Shown one piece after another: positions 25,900 to 39,015 of a DNA stretch of 64,000 nucleotides. The stretch spans positions 1-64,000 of the forward strand of contig JAPEUD010000060.1 in NCBI GenBank assembly GCA_026026165.1. Reading direction: 5' to 3'. Below the pieces are notes generated by a model. That model was not told where the DNA came from, ran no database searches, and saw nothing but the letters and a program-made list of their open reading frames with translations. Position 1 is the first letter of the stretch; each line of letters begins with the position of its first letter. The position numbers were made by a program, and so were the translations under genes. Source of the stretch: Sarea resinae (taxonomy: Eukaryota).

Positions 25900-28320
25900 A
25901 GCCTCTATTACACTTAGTTGCACTTCTTATTATTGCTACATTATCTTTAATAGCAATAAGTTAGCTATGTTTCTTACCTAGTAGACTAATACAAAATATA
26001 GTGCTAATCTTATATAATTTAGGAATCTATTATAGGATTTAATATAGAGATATAGTAAATACTAGGAATATTTTAACTAATATATAAAAAGCAACAATAG
26101 ATAACTAGCTGTTTGCTACAGACTATATAGCTTTATCTTAAAGTATCTATTAATAAAGAACACTAGAATATTAGTACTAAAGAACTACCTTATAATATAG
26201 CAATATATAAAGAAAAAGCAGTTAAGTGTATAGATAACACTTAAGATAAGTCTCTAGGTATATATTATCTCTAATATTATAATAATAAATAGTAACGCGC
26301 TTTCTCTAGAAATAGTAAAAGACTTCTACTTAAGATAATTTTCCTATGTTTACTTAAGGCTAATAAGAGGAACAACTTCTAAATATAATTATTAATCTAA
26401 ATCTACTGTTCTATACTATAGAAAATACTTAGTTCTAAAGGATATTATATATGCTTTATCCTACTCTCTATATCTAAAGGCAGTCTATAATTTAAGCATA
26501 TATCTTTAATTATATTTATAATATTAAGGTAGCTCTTCTAAAAGACCTTAGTCTAATAGCAAAGGTTTCTATTACTCTAGATTACTAGATATCACTAAAT
26601 AATTTTTTGTTTATAGTAATAATAGGATACTATATCTCTTCTAACTAGTCTTACTATAAAGTGCTACTTAGCTTTAAGTATATAACTAGGTAGTATATAG
26701 AGTAACGCCTTATAGAGATAGTCTATAGTGTTCTATAGCAATACAAACTTTAGGTAAGTTCTAGTGCATTATTAAAGAATAGTGCTTATATAATCTTAGA
26801 GGTATCTGCTTAGCTTTACTACAGATAATACTACAAATAATAGTATATTAAAAATAGCTCTTTATAATATCCTCTTTAAAAGAGAGGATTTTAACTAGAA
26901 CCTAGCTATATCTGCTGTTTTATATATAGCATATATTATTTAACTTGTTATAACTACACTTCTTAAGTCACTCTTAGTAATTACAACAAATAATACAGCT
27001 ATAATAATGTAGAAAGAAATAGAGCTTAAAGATATAACTAATAATGTTATTATATTTAGTAATACACTTTAGAAGGTACCTCTATAGTAACTATAGATAG
27101 TAACGCTCTTACTTATATATATCTTTAGGTCTACTAAATCACTATTACTATCTAGGTATTACCTTAGCACTTTAAAAGGTTTCTTAATATCTAAGGTAAT
27201 AAAGCCTTATATTCTACTTAGAACTTAACATTTAATATGCTTGCCTATGCCTTAGTACTACAACATGCAATTAATAAGCTAGTTTAAAGCAAAGAATTAT
27301 CTTAGATCACTAAAAAGCTTTAATTAAATAACACTAAGTAGAAGTAAGTAGAGTATCTAATTGCTATTCTACAACTATTTAAGGTGTAGACTAAAGCCCT
27401 TTCTATAACTAGTAGAGTTATAATTTATCTCACTTAGTTTGTATATAGAAAACTCTTTAATCACTTTAAGTCCTAAAAGGCTTAGCTTCTTAAGAAGGAT
27501 ATTCTATAGAAATAAGGCCTAAGTAAAGCAATTAAGGCTTTACTATCTTACCTAAGTAAATACTATAATGCAACAATAGATAGTAGTAAAGAGCTATATA
27601 GTCTTACTTATATTCTAGACCTAAAGTAAAAACTTAATATATATAAGGTAACGCTATCTTATAACGCTTATAGTAATATTACTAACTTCTCTCTTCTACT
27701 CTTCTAGAGTCTAGACTAGAGTGCAACTTATATAAAGAAGTATTAGCAACAGTTTCTATAGTATTATAGAGCTAACTACTAGAAATTTAAGAGTAGCACT
27801 CTATATATTACTCTAACACTTACACCTCTTTATCTAACTCTTAATTCACTTGCTTTTATAGATTAGCAGAAGTCTATATTACAGAATATAAAACTTACTA
27901 AGGCTATAAGATACCTTTCTATACCTATCTTCTCTACTACTTATTAAATACTACTTAAAGTAAGTAATAAAATATTATAACACTCTATATTACAGACTAT
28001 ACTATTTATACTTATACTTACTTATACTTATATAGTTGTAAATATAACTGCTTAGTTAGAACATTACTATATATAGCCTATTAGGCCTTTAGCTAGAACC
28101 TTAAGCAATAAATACATTACTATACCTATATACTATATCACTCTAAACTTACTAACTTATAATTAGTCTTAGTAACACTCTATAGTTAAACTCCTAATTA
28201 TTAAGTAAGTAGTAAGAGACATTCTAGTAGCTCTAGTCTTAATAGTTAAAATTAAGTAATACTTTAATATTATATGTAATATTGTTTACTATTACTAAAG
28301 CAACTTAAACTCTAATATAA
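25900..28320 (+). pseudogene. hAT transposase remnant (outer element)
   Basis: FTTDNTTNN at ~26815 corresponds to TDNA. An RC..H-like segment lies at ~26912, LDP-like at ~27615, and a dimerisation-type APVxxVxIExxF at ~28230-28268. Confidence 0.8.
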
Positions 28321-29954
28321 TTTAGAGCCTAATAATAATTCGCTACTATAAACGCTATATCTTCTTATAATAAAGTCTAATAAAGGATATAAGTGCTAAT
28401 AAGATAAAAAATACCTTTAATAGTAAAAATTGTAATAGTAAGGTTGCTAAGAGTTACTATATTAGTAAAAGAGAAGATAGAAGTAGGTAAGAGTACCTAG
28501 TAGCCTAAGCCTACCTAAAAAACATTAAGGCAAAGAACACTATATTATATCTAATATAGTGCTTTTATCTCTAGGACTTATAACTCCTTATATAACCTAA
28601 GCTTATTAGAGAATAAATTAGGTTCTTAAGTAGTTAGAAGACTATACTAGATATAAGTAGATAAGACACTAATTCTAGTTAAGTAGGCCTCTTATATAAT
28701 TTAGATCTAGCTACTATTAAGATTATATCTATATTTCTATTAGAATGCACTATCTACTATATAGTAGAAAAGTAACCTTATTACTATTACTTCTATTTTC
28801 TTATATTGCTTATACTTTTATTATTACCTTTTATTATTACTTAAGGTGCTATAACTATATATTATTTAATTAGTATCTATAGACCTCTAGTTATATATTA
28901 GATTATAATAGATTACTTAGGTTAAGTTAACTATTATTCTACTAACACACTATTAGTTAATAGGTTACTAGACTAGCCTTATCTAGTTTGTAAGCCTTAT
29001 CTACAGAACTATTAGATTAATAAATCTAGTTAAAGCAGCTACTCTAAAGGTCCTATTAATCCTTTCTACTAGGCTATTTTGTTTAGGAGTATAGAGTGTA
29101 TTATAAGAGTCTATAATACCTTTTTCAGCATGAAATTCCTTAAACACAGTGTTATTATAGACCTTAGCATTATCTAAGAAAACCTTTTTAGCCTTTTTAG
29201 GCTTTAATTTTCCTCTTTAGCAATATATTCTTTAAATTTGCTAAAGGTTTTACTTTAATGTTTTAGAAGATAAACATTAAGGTATTTTATAGCTAGGTCT
29301 AGGAAGGTAACATAGTATTTGTTACTACTAGGTGTTAGAGGTTTTATAGGACTCTCTATATTACTGCATACAATTTTAAGGTATTCCTTAGGCTTTTCTA
29401 CAAGGGTTTTACTAGTATATCTAGTAAATTTAGCCTCTAAGCAAATAGTATAGTCTTTAATATCTAAGTCTTTAGACTTAACACTAAGCTTTGCATTATC
29501 TTCTAGCCTTTTTAGAGCATTTTCCTCTATATATCCTAGCCTTTTATACTATATATTTAGGCTATTATCCTCTATAGTGCTATTTAGCACTACAGGTATA
29601 GCCTTTATCTAAAAGACACTAAGCTTATTAGCATAGGTCTCTTTAGCAGTAACACTACCTCTATTATCTAGGATAAGGACCTTTTTAGGGCTAAAGTTGA
29701 CTTTATAGCCCTTATTTATAATTGCCTCTAGGGATAGTAGGTTTACACTAAAGTTAGGGATGTATAAGACATCTCTAATATTTACCACCTAATTTGTTAG
29801 GGTAAATATTAGCTTGATATCCCCTATGCCTGTTGCTATAGTGGAACTGCTAGTGTTACCCCACTTTACAGTAGTATTATAGGGTCTAAGGTTGTTAAAG
29901 AGTTCCTTTCTATAGCAGATATATGTTGTTGCACCTGAATTAAGAATCCACTCT

Positions 29955-30160
29955 GTAACAGTGCATTTTGACTCGGATTTTACACAGCTATAGGAAGCTT
30001 TAGGTGTAACAGTGCCTTTTTATGGCTTTGTAACAGTACCTCTAGGACTGTGCTTGTAACAGTGCATTCTAACACTGATTTAGGGCATCTATAGAAGTTA
30101 GAGCTTATAACAGTGCGTTTTAACACTGATTTAGGACAGCTATAGGAATTAGAGCTTGTA
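29955..30160. repeat. Degenerate tandem repeats (gtaacagtgc core) in the Copia gag-protease linker
   Basis: gtaacagtgc/ataacagtgc recurs at ~29955, 30006, 30030, 30056 and 30107. Confidence 0.7.
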
Positions 30161-30448
30161 GCTATAAAGCTCTTTTCCTCTTGTAGTTCCTCTGCTATAG
30201 AGGGGTTAGCACTATGCTTTTTAGCATTAGGCTTTTTGCTCCTTTTTAGGTTAGGATGCTTTTAAAAGCATGTAGACTTATTGTGATTATTTAGTCTATA
30301 ATAGTCACAGTGCTTTTTACCCTTAGAGGTAAGGGCTACCTTACCTCTGTATCCTTCCTAGTGTTAAGACTATTATCACTAGTGCTAGTGCTCTTAGAGA
30401 TTTTAAACCTCTTAGAGTTATCTATTAGCTGTGCAAAGATTTTCTCTA

Positions 30449-31450
30449 CCTTATAGCTAACTCTAGGATTTCTGACACAGTCTCACAACTGTTGTGACAC
30501 CTAGTGGAACCCTCTATAGTGCGAAATTCCTGAACGTGTTAAAACCATGTTGAGACTGTTACAATACCTACTATAGGTCGCAGGATTACTATTGGTCGCA
30601 GAATTACTATTAGTCGCAGAGGTTTAGAACTACCCTTGGTTGCGACTGACTTTTGCACACCTATAGAAGTTGCAGAAAAAAAAGTGGGAAAATTCAGAAA
30701 ATTTAGCGAAAAAGTAAATTGACAACAGTGGGAATCGATCCTAGAAGCATTACGTAATCGATGATTGACATTACACTAACTAGGTTATATGACTTGTTAG
30801 AAAATCTAGCCCTAGAGTGCTATATAGCCTATAGAAACCATAATATTATTTTGACATAGAGATTTTCAAAATTTTAACCACCTATTGTAAGTGAGACGTT
30901 CGACAATTTTTGCGTATATTATGTAATTGCTTACATAATATTTGTAAAAATTGTTGAACGTCTCAAATATTTTTCAAGTTTTACCTACTAGCAAGAAAAT
31001 TATATTTATTTTCACTAAGTCAAAATTGTGTAGCAGAACTTCTAACCTATACACTGTTACAGACCTATAGGTGCACCTAATTAGGTTGCAACATCTTATA
31101 TAGGTTGCAATGCCTTATATAGGTTGCAATGCCTTATATAGGTTGCAATGCCTTATATAGGTTCAAATCACTAGTAGGTTACAAGAATTTTAAACCCTTA
31201 GGCAGTATATATTCCCTGCCTAGTTACAGAACTTCTGAACCACGTACTGTTACAAACCTATAGGTGTACTAAAGTTGGTTGCAACACCCTATATTGGTTC
31301 TGATTAGTAGTAGGTTGCAAAAAATCAACAGGCTTTAAAAATTAGAAAAGTTCAGCACTATTCTAAAACGTATAGGAGGTTTTAAACACATTGTTACAGT
31401 GTTAAGACTGTCTCACAACTGTGTCAGAAACAGTCCTAGGGGCACTTAAG
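30449..31450. mobile_element. 1002-bp non-autonomous TIR element (MITE-like) with TA TSD
   Basis: Inserted in Copia gag with TA at 30447-48 and 31451-52. Imperfect 32-bp termini have a perfect core tttctgacacag / ctgtgtcagaaa. Internal 18-bp (x3, ~30576-30620) and 19-bp (x4, ~31082-31163) tandem repeats. A second partial copy lies at 63849-64000. Confidence 0.88.
30720..30793 (-). other. Degenerate tRNA-like segment (Pol III A-box and B-box) inside the TIR element
   Basis: Minus strand reads gtcatataacctagttagt (A-box-like) ... ggatcgattcccactgttgtca (B-box-like) over 74 nt, followed by T-runs. Acceptor stem pairs poorly. Confidence 0.55.
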
Positions 31451-34400
31451 TAGGTTAATATCTTTATCTTTGCTTCTGTTTATTGTTTGTGTGATAATAG
31501 TAATTATATTATTATAGTTGCTAGTAAGGTTGTTTAGAGTCTATACAGCTATGAATTTATCAGGTAGGATTAGATCTCTAGCCCTTAGCTTATTATTTAG
31601 CTGCTTAAGTTTTGTGATATAGTCCTCTAGATCCTTGCATTTTTTAAGAGTTGTACTAAACAACTCTCTATATATTAGGAATTTAGAATTAAATCCCTTA
31701 GATTTATAGAGATTTTACAGACTAGCCTATAATTTTTATAGATTAGTGTGATATCTAGTCTGTAACAGTAGGCTATCTGCTAGGGCAAGCCTAACATAGG
31801 CTAGAGCTTTTGCAGATTTTGCCTTGTAATAGTCTAAATCAATATCTATGCTATTTTCAAGGTCTTTAGATATGACTTTAAAATAGCCCTTCTCTATAAG
31901 CAGGGATTCTATCCTTATAGACTACAAATCCTAATTAGAGCTGCCTTGCAGCTAAGGGATTCTATATGCAGGATTAGACATAGCTGTAATTACTAATCTC
32001 CTACTTAATTTCAGAGAAAAGAACTACTAGCTATTAAGTGTATTCTACTGCAAATAGTAGAATCACACTAGTATAGCTTTTATACACCTACAGAACTTAT
32101 AAGTTCTATAGATGTGTGAAATAGCTGCACAAAGAGTGTCTTATGCTTTTGTACCACTGTTATAAGTTCTATAGATGCATAAAAGATCAGCACAAAGGCT
32201 GTTTTGTGACTTTTAAACTGTTACAGTTCTATAGGTGCGTAAAATTGCGGCACAAAGGCTGCTTTGCAGAACACAGGCTGCTATACTATAATTCTATAGG
32301 CACAAGCTATAGGTGCTATAGGATCTAGGTAAAGGCAGCATACATCAAGCAGTTAACTTGCTCTCCTATAGGTGTTTCTCTTTAAAGGGGATTATGCCTA
32401 TAAGGCAGCACAAAGGATTAGGAAAATCCTTATTAAGTGTGTGTATACCTAATATCTATTAGTATAGACTTAGTTCAAGCAGTCTACCCTAAGTGGTTCT
32501 TATCTGCAAGTTAAGTTATATAACCTCTACATTAGCAAAAAGAGAGGTGTGCTACAGGTGACTACAGGTGCGCTGTGTAACCTATGTTACCTATATTACA
32601 AACAGTTAACGCTGTAGCGCTATATGTACAGTAGTTTAGGTAGCAGCTACTGTAGTACTACATAGAATACACTGACTTTGTATATCTTCTACACAACATA
32701 TTAGTGTTAACTACATAATTATTCTTTTACCTACTAGTAGACTACAGTAGATTCTAGTAGTTATACTTACTAATCTCTAGAGATTAGATAAAATACATGT
32801 AGACACCTACTGTATTACTAATGAATACAAAATACATGTGTATTTTAGTAGCTACTATATAGCACAGATAACTTATTATATAGAGTCTATATAGTGCGAA
32901 AAATAGTGTTAATTATACAGCGAATCTACTAACTAGGAGAATAGGTTAGTTAATTAACAATAACATAAACTATTAATATACTACCTAGTATCTGCTCTAG
33001 CTAATTAGGTTTATAATTTGACTTGTTCTTTAGGTAATAGGCTTAGATCCTCTAGATCCTCTTCTCTATTATTATAGAACACTTCTATTAGAATGTAGAC
33101 TTTTCTAGGAGTTAAAGTATTGCTATTATTAATAGCTTTCTTTATTAGTAGAAGGATAGCCTCTTACTACTAACTGCTTAGAAAATTATATGTAGCTACC
33201 TAGCGCTAGTAGACCTCTAGGTGTTTATTAGCTGTTATATTATTTGTTAGCTGTTATATCTAGCTAGTTACTTACTACTTGCACTATCTCTAGTAAAATC
33301 TTAAGAAGTAAAGCTCTCTTTTTTCTATTTAAAGAGAGTGTAATAAAGTGTAGTAGATATAATATATATTAGCTAATAGGTAATCTGTTTAAAAGCATCT
33401 AATGTATAACTAACATTTGCTAGTTTCTAGACCTTGTTAAAGAACTCTTTAAGTATAACATATATAATTACTAGGTAGAATAATCTCTCTTTCTTTCTCT
33501 AAAAACTATTAGATAACTAAAACAAGTAGAGAGATTTATATATAGATAGATATATCCTAACAGTTAAAACTATCTTAATCTAGTAGTTAACTTACTTTTC
33601 TCTTAAGTTGTTCTAGTTTAGTAAGAGGCAGATTATATAGGTCTACTACTAGTTAATAACACTGTAATATAATATATCCTTATTACTAGCTTATTCTAAT
33701 TAATAGCTAATAAGATTTAATTATTTAGAGTTAGTAGGTAGATAGTAGAAATATCACTTAATAGTCTTACTTACTATAGGTTTAATATATATAGGCAGCT
33801 CTATTTTGTATTATCTAGAGTTCTTAATAGGATAAGGAAATTAATGCTCTATCTTAATTACCTTTGCCTTTATATAAGCCTAGTCCTATATGTTAGCATA
33901 AATAGTAGCTATACTATTGCTTTTTAAGAAAGAGTTCTAAGTAATAACATATATTTTTATTATTACCTTAGCTATTAGATAAATATCCTAATACCTATAG
34001 TATAGATAGCACTCTTTTAAATATACTTAAACCTTTATATATACTCTTATATCTAGTGTAGGAAGCTAACTTAAACCTGCACTCTAATTATTTGTAAACG
34101 TTTATAGAGTGCTAGACAATTAGTTTAGCGTTCTTAGTACATCTATCTTGTTAAAAACATATATAGAAGTAGAGTCTAAGTTAATACTAACTGCTTTAGA
34201 ATAAGGACTAGAGGATAAGAGTCCTTTGTTATTAATTAGAACCTATTATCTATAAGTAAAATTAAAAACAAGTACTCTAAGAGTAAGACTTGCTAATAAT
34301 AGTAGAGGTAGTATTAACAATTTGTTCTAGAAAGTGTCTGTTAATAGATTCTATATATAAAGCTCTTCTAGCAGTTGTCTATTAAAAAGGTTAGGCTTTT

Positions 34401-37400
34401 AAAGGATATCTCTTTAGTTAGTTTGTTTTGCTGATTTCTAACTAGTAGTAGACCTATATATAGGACGTCTGTTTGTTAGAAGATCTTAGAATCTTATAGG
34501 TAATTCTCTTATAGTTTAATTTACCTTACTACTTATTTATTGCTGTTCTACTAAGTATAAGGTAGCTTAGGTGTTATTAGATATATATTATCTGCCTGTT
34601 AGTATACTCTCTCTACAATTAACTAAGTTCACTTTAATGTGATTTAGCCTAAGGCTTATTATTTGTCTTCTTATTATATAAAGACACTCTTATTTATTTA
34701 GATTCTTTCTAAGCAGATAATTACACCTAGATACTTCTTTATCTATTAGTATACTTATCTAGCTATTAGGAGTTGCTAGTATAAGTTGACTTTCTAGACT
34801 CTTAGTGCTGTCTAACTAATATCTCTTTCTTTAAGTAGGTGTATTCTGTGTTATTAGATTAAGTGAATTATTACTATCTTCTGCGTTTTTAGCAGCAGAT
34901 ATAGCACTAACATTAGATAACTAACTAGGTAGGCTTTATATTAGAGACATTATAGCTCGCTTATAATTCTCTTTATTACTATCTAATAACATTAGCTATA
35001 GTTGCTCTTAGACTAGAGGAGTAGTAGTAGCAATTACTAGATCTAAACTATGTTTAGTCTTTTAGTAGTAGTCTTTTATTAAGTGTAAGTATTGCAGAAG
35101 GCAACTGCTTTATTTAGTATAGATTAGATAAGTAGAGATAGAAACAAGCGTTACTATTAGTAAAGTAGTTAAGTTTTTATTCCTTAGCAGACTAAATATC
35201 TTGCTAGGAATAAGTCTAGAGTTGTTTAGAAGGCATTATAAAAGTTACTAGCTTCTCTATATAGAGTAGATTTAGATAGCTAGGATTTTAGTGTGTAAGA
35301 GATATTAGCGTTAAATAGGAATTTAAAGAGAGAGAGAATTATTAGTCTAAGTAGAGATAAGTATTATTACTTAAATTATATCTTTATAAATTAATAGATA
35401 ATTGTGTTGCTATTAGGACAACTTATGTAATTAATTTAGATTTATATATGCTTAGACTAATTAAAACAACACTAAACAGAATAAAAGAGACTAACTTAAA
35501 GTAGATTAGCAGATATTAGCTTCTATACCTTGTTAAAGTTATTTAGAAGATACTTATAGTTTAGAACTAACTATTACTACAATCTCTACTAGGCTGCTAG
35601 AATAGAGTATAGTAGAAGAGTAGGTAATAATAGTCTTAAGAGTAGTAGATATATATATCTACTGCTCTTAGTATTATAAAGTCGCCTATAATTAAATAAA
35701 AACTTATATTAGCTGTGTTTATTACATGTCTTATTTGTCTTTATCTCCTTTATATATTGTAGAGTTAATAGTAGGGGTTGTTATCTTTAGTATCTATATT
35801 ATCTTTACTACTAATCTTAACTTTAACTTGTAGCAGAACTAGCAGATTGTTCTTCTTTAGGGCTGCGTTATTTAAGATACCTCTTAACCTCTAGGTAGCT
35901 ATAAGTGTATTCTTAATTGCAGACTTAGTGTTAATAAATTAATACAAACTCACCTTACTACACTAGCTAATACAATAAACCCTATTAAGTGCTTATTACT
36001 TAGAGGTGTCTATATAATTAGGTTTAAAGACAACTACTAGATTCGCGCGAATTAAGGTTAAGCCTAGTAATATTATACCTATTGTCCTAACTAAGTAAAA
36101 AGGTTCTAAGCTAGAGAATATATCTATAGTGCCTTAGAATTATTCTACTAACCTTAAGCGCTTTGCTATAGAGATTCTACTATAGAATAGAGCAACTAGC
36201 TTGCATCTAATATATTTTATCTATTATATATCTGTTATTAGCCTAAGTGTGTTATCTAGTAGATAAATACCACTTACTATTGCAATAATAAAGGCTATAA
36301 TTAGGAATACAGTAAAGATAACTATCTTTTCACTCTCTATCCTTAAATTCACTCCTATATTATTAATAAGATTATCTAGTGCTTTTAATTTAGAGGATAA
36401 CTAGCTAAGTATTTCTAGATTGTTATATAACAGATAAAATTCCTAATCCTTAGTGGCTATAGACCTAACGCTTAATAAGCTCTAGTCTAACCTAGCTAGA
36501 TTAGAGTAGGTAAGGCCTAGGAATAAAGAGATAATTTGTAGTCGCTATATATATTAGAAATATATTATTAAAGTAATACATTATCCTTTATTTAACTCTA
36601 GAATTTAGTTTGTTCTTACTACTATAACAGCTTATTGTTGTTTGTATACTATCTTCTAGCAGTTATTGCTAAACTAGACTAACAATTTATATCTGTAGAA
36701 TAGTAAGAGGTTAATTAGTAGGTAGCTGTCTAGGTCGACTGCATTTTTATCCTATTAGATTATTAGCACGCTAAAGAAGCTAATAAAATTCTAGGTATAT
36801 TAATTAAAGTCTTTATTAGTAGGAGGTAGTTACAGTCTATTAGGTTTTGCTATGCAATTAAATAGATTTTTATACTGACTTTTAATAAAGTCTAACTTTT
36901 TAGGCAAGTATTTTTATCTAATATAAGAGAGATTAGTTATCTATTAGGTATATATAAGAATGTTTACCTTCTCTCTTAAGTCTCTAGGTATAACAAATAG
37001 AGTGCTAGAGAGGAACTACATTATAGGCTAGTGTTCTTTATAGCTTTGTCTTAAGGTAGTTAGGTCTTAGATTAGGTTAGTGTTCTTTAATTTAATAATA
37101 TACGCCTTATCTACTACTATCTGCTAAAATTAAGTTTCTGCCTACAAATTGCAGCAAAGTTATAAACACTTAAACAATGTTACTAGAATAACATTTAATC
37201 TTATATGTTTGCTACTAGAGTCTGTTTCTATTAAGTCTATAAACTTGTGTTTCTATTAGCTATGCTTAAGAACTATTAGGTTCTTAGCAATCTATTATAT
37301 AGTAAACAACTTTTAGTATTCTATTACCTATATATAAGTGAGATATACTAGGTATATAACTATATTTGCTCTCTAATCTATAGTGATTTAAGAGGTTATA

Positions 37401-38144
37401 GATCTTAGTTAATATAGGTATTGTATCTTATAGAGGTTGTTACTAGGACACTTAACGCTGCATTTAGTATTGTTATCTATATTGTCTAATAAACACAAGT
37501 GTAAGTAAAATGTTATATAATATTTAAAGTCTTATACAGATAATACCTACTACTAGCCCTTAGATATCTTTTGTTATAGATTTGCTAACTCTTTATTATA
37601 TCTAAGTGATTATAGTATAAGGTCTATAAAGTAGTAATAAGAGCTAATATTATTAGTGTCTGCTAGTAGATTAAGTGTTAGCTATTAATTTAAGTATATA
37701 TTAAAGAGACACTATAGCAGACACACACCTTTCTAAACCCTATCCTATCTGCTAAAAACCCCTCTCTAATTCTATTGCTTTTGTTGTGTAATATAAATAT
37801 AATAGCTGTAGCTTAATACAGTAGTAGTTAAATAGGTGCTTAAAAGAATAGTAGCTTTATAGGTATTTAGGTTGTTAATGCAGTGTGTTTAGGAATAAGG
37901 AATATAGCTGCTATATCCTTCTATATTTAGAGTGTGTTATGTTAAATTGCTAGACTATTTTAAATAACTGTTTAGCGTTTCGCTATTACTAGGTTTGTTC
38001 TTTTAATTAGGTTATCTACTCTCTCTAATTTGTTATACTATTTGCTAGCAAAAGCACTAAGGTCTTAGAGGCCTATAAAGTAAGGATAAAAGTTAGTAAG
38101 AGTTGTCACCTATTATCCTAGTACTTACTAAGCAGATAATGTTC

Positions 38145-38440
38145 TGTGCTATATAGATAATTATTAGGTGGCAGATTATTATATAGAGTATTATTAGGTA
38201 GCAGATTATTATATAGAGTATTATTAAGTAGTAGATCGTTATTTAGAGGATTATTAAGTGGCAGATTGTTATTTAGAGGATTATTAAGCAGCAGATTATT
38301 GTTTTTAACAGGTAGATAATCCTTGTTATTAACGTTATCTTTGTTGCTATTATTATTATTAACATTATCTTTGTTGTTATCTTTATCCTTAACATCCTCT
38401 TTATTAGTATCCTTACTATTAACGTCTTCTTTATTAGCCT
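38145..38440 (-). repeat. Coding minisatellites (27-bp and 15-bp units)
   Basis: ORF 38118-38495 shows NNLLPNNTLY/NNPLNNNLPL and KEDVN/KDNVN repeats, with Asp converted to Asn by RIP. Confidence 0.8.
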
Positions 38441-38639
38441 TGTCTCTTATTAGGTTATATATAAGCTTATTAGAAATGTTATCTTTAATTTGCAATAATA
38501 GGTCTATAAGGAGTTAGCTCTATAGTAATAAGATAGTACTACGTTTAAGTCTAGTAGCTTACACTTAACATTATAGCAACCTAGCTTAGGAACTAGTAAT
38601 AGACGTTGCGTTTTCTTTAGCTAATATAGTAATAACTTA

Positions 38640-39015
38640 GGTATACTACTAGACTAACTAACACCTGCTATAAGGCCTAGCAACTAACTCTTTAGTAAGT
38701 GTTAGCTAGTCTTAGTAGTAGAGAGTGAGGTTGTATTTAGTGTTATTAGTAAATAGCTCTATCCTAGATCTATAACTAGCAATTTATTTGTAGACAAGCC
38801 TAGTAACTAACTCTTAGATAAGCTTAGCAACTAACTCTTAGATAAGCCTAGCAACTAACTCTTAGACAGTTATTAAGTTTTCTATAGCAGAGGCGATAAC
38901 GACTTAGGTGTGCTACTAGACTAGCTAACACTTACTATAAGGCCTAACAATTAACCCTTTAGTAGGCGTTAGCTAGTCTTAGTAGTAGAGAGTAAAGTAG
39001 TATTTAGTGTTATTG
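38640..39015. repeat. ~100-bp direct repeat pair flanking three 24-bp tandem units
   Basis: 38640-38745 matches 38910-39013, and gcctagcaactaactcttagataa occurs x3 at ~38798-38868. Confidence 0.8.

Larger units (their letters stand above)
2544..29046 (+). mobile_element. hAT-superfamily DNA transposon (outer, ~7.1 kb without its insertion)
   Basis: Exact 8-bp TSD aaggtcct at 2536-2543 and 29047-29054 interrupts the Copia integrase. Short imperfect termini taggctagc / gctactcta. hAT transposase remnant inside. Confidence 0.88.
29055..31982 (-). pseudogene. gag-pol: Copia gag, protease, GAG-pre-integrase and integrase N-half remnant (interrupted at 30449-31450)
   Basis: ATG (MSNP) at ~31982, zinc knuckle CDY..NH....C at ~30270-30310, protease WILNSGATTYI at ~29920-29952 corresponding to WILDSGA, KRLGYI at ~29535 corresponding to HxRLGH, and YTPKQNSLVERINRT at ~29050-29095. 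Confidence 0.92.

Noticed and set aside
30720..30793. Functional tRNA gene
   Set aside because: Acceptor and anticodon stems do not pair convincingly, so it is kept only as tRNA-like.
32143..32328. 61-aa Cys-rich ORF
   Set aside because: Arises from short repeats in the Copia 5' leader on the antisense strand, with no independent support.
32514..32525. Copia PBS (ttatataacc)
   Set aside because: No LTR follows it. It is part of the inverted repeat at the Plavaka boundary, and a better PBS abuts the LTR at 63251-63262.
38323..38517. 64-aa Leu-rich ORF resembling a signal or membrane peptide
   Set aside because: Antisense of the coding minisatellite.
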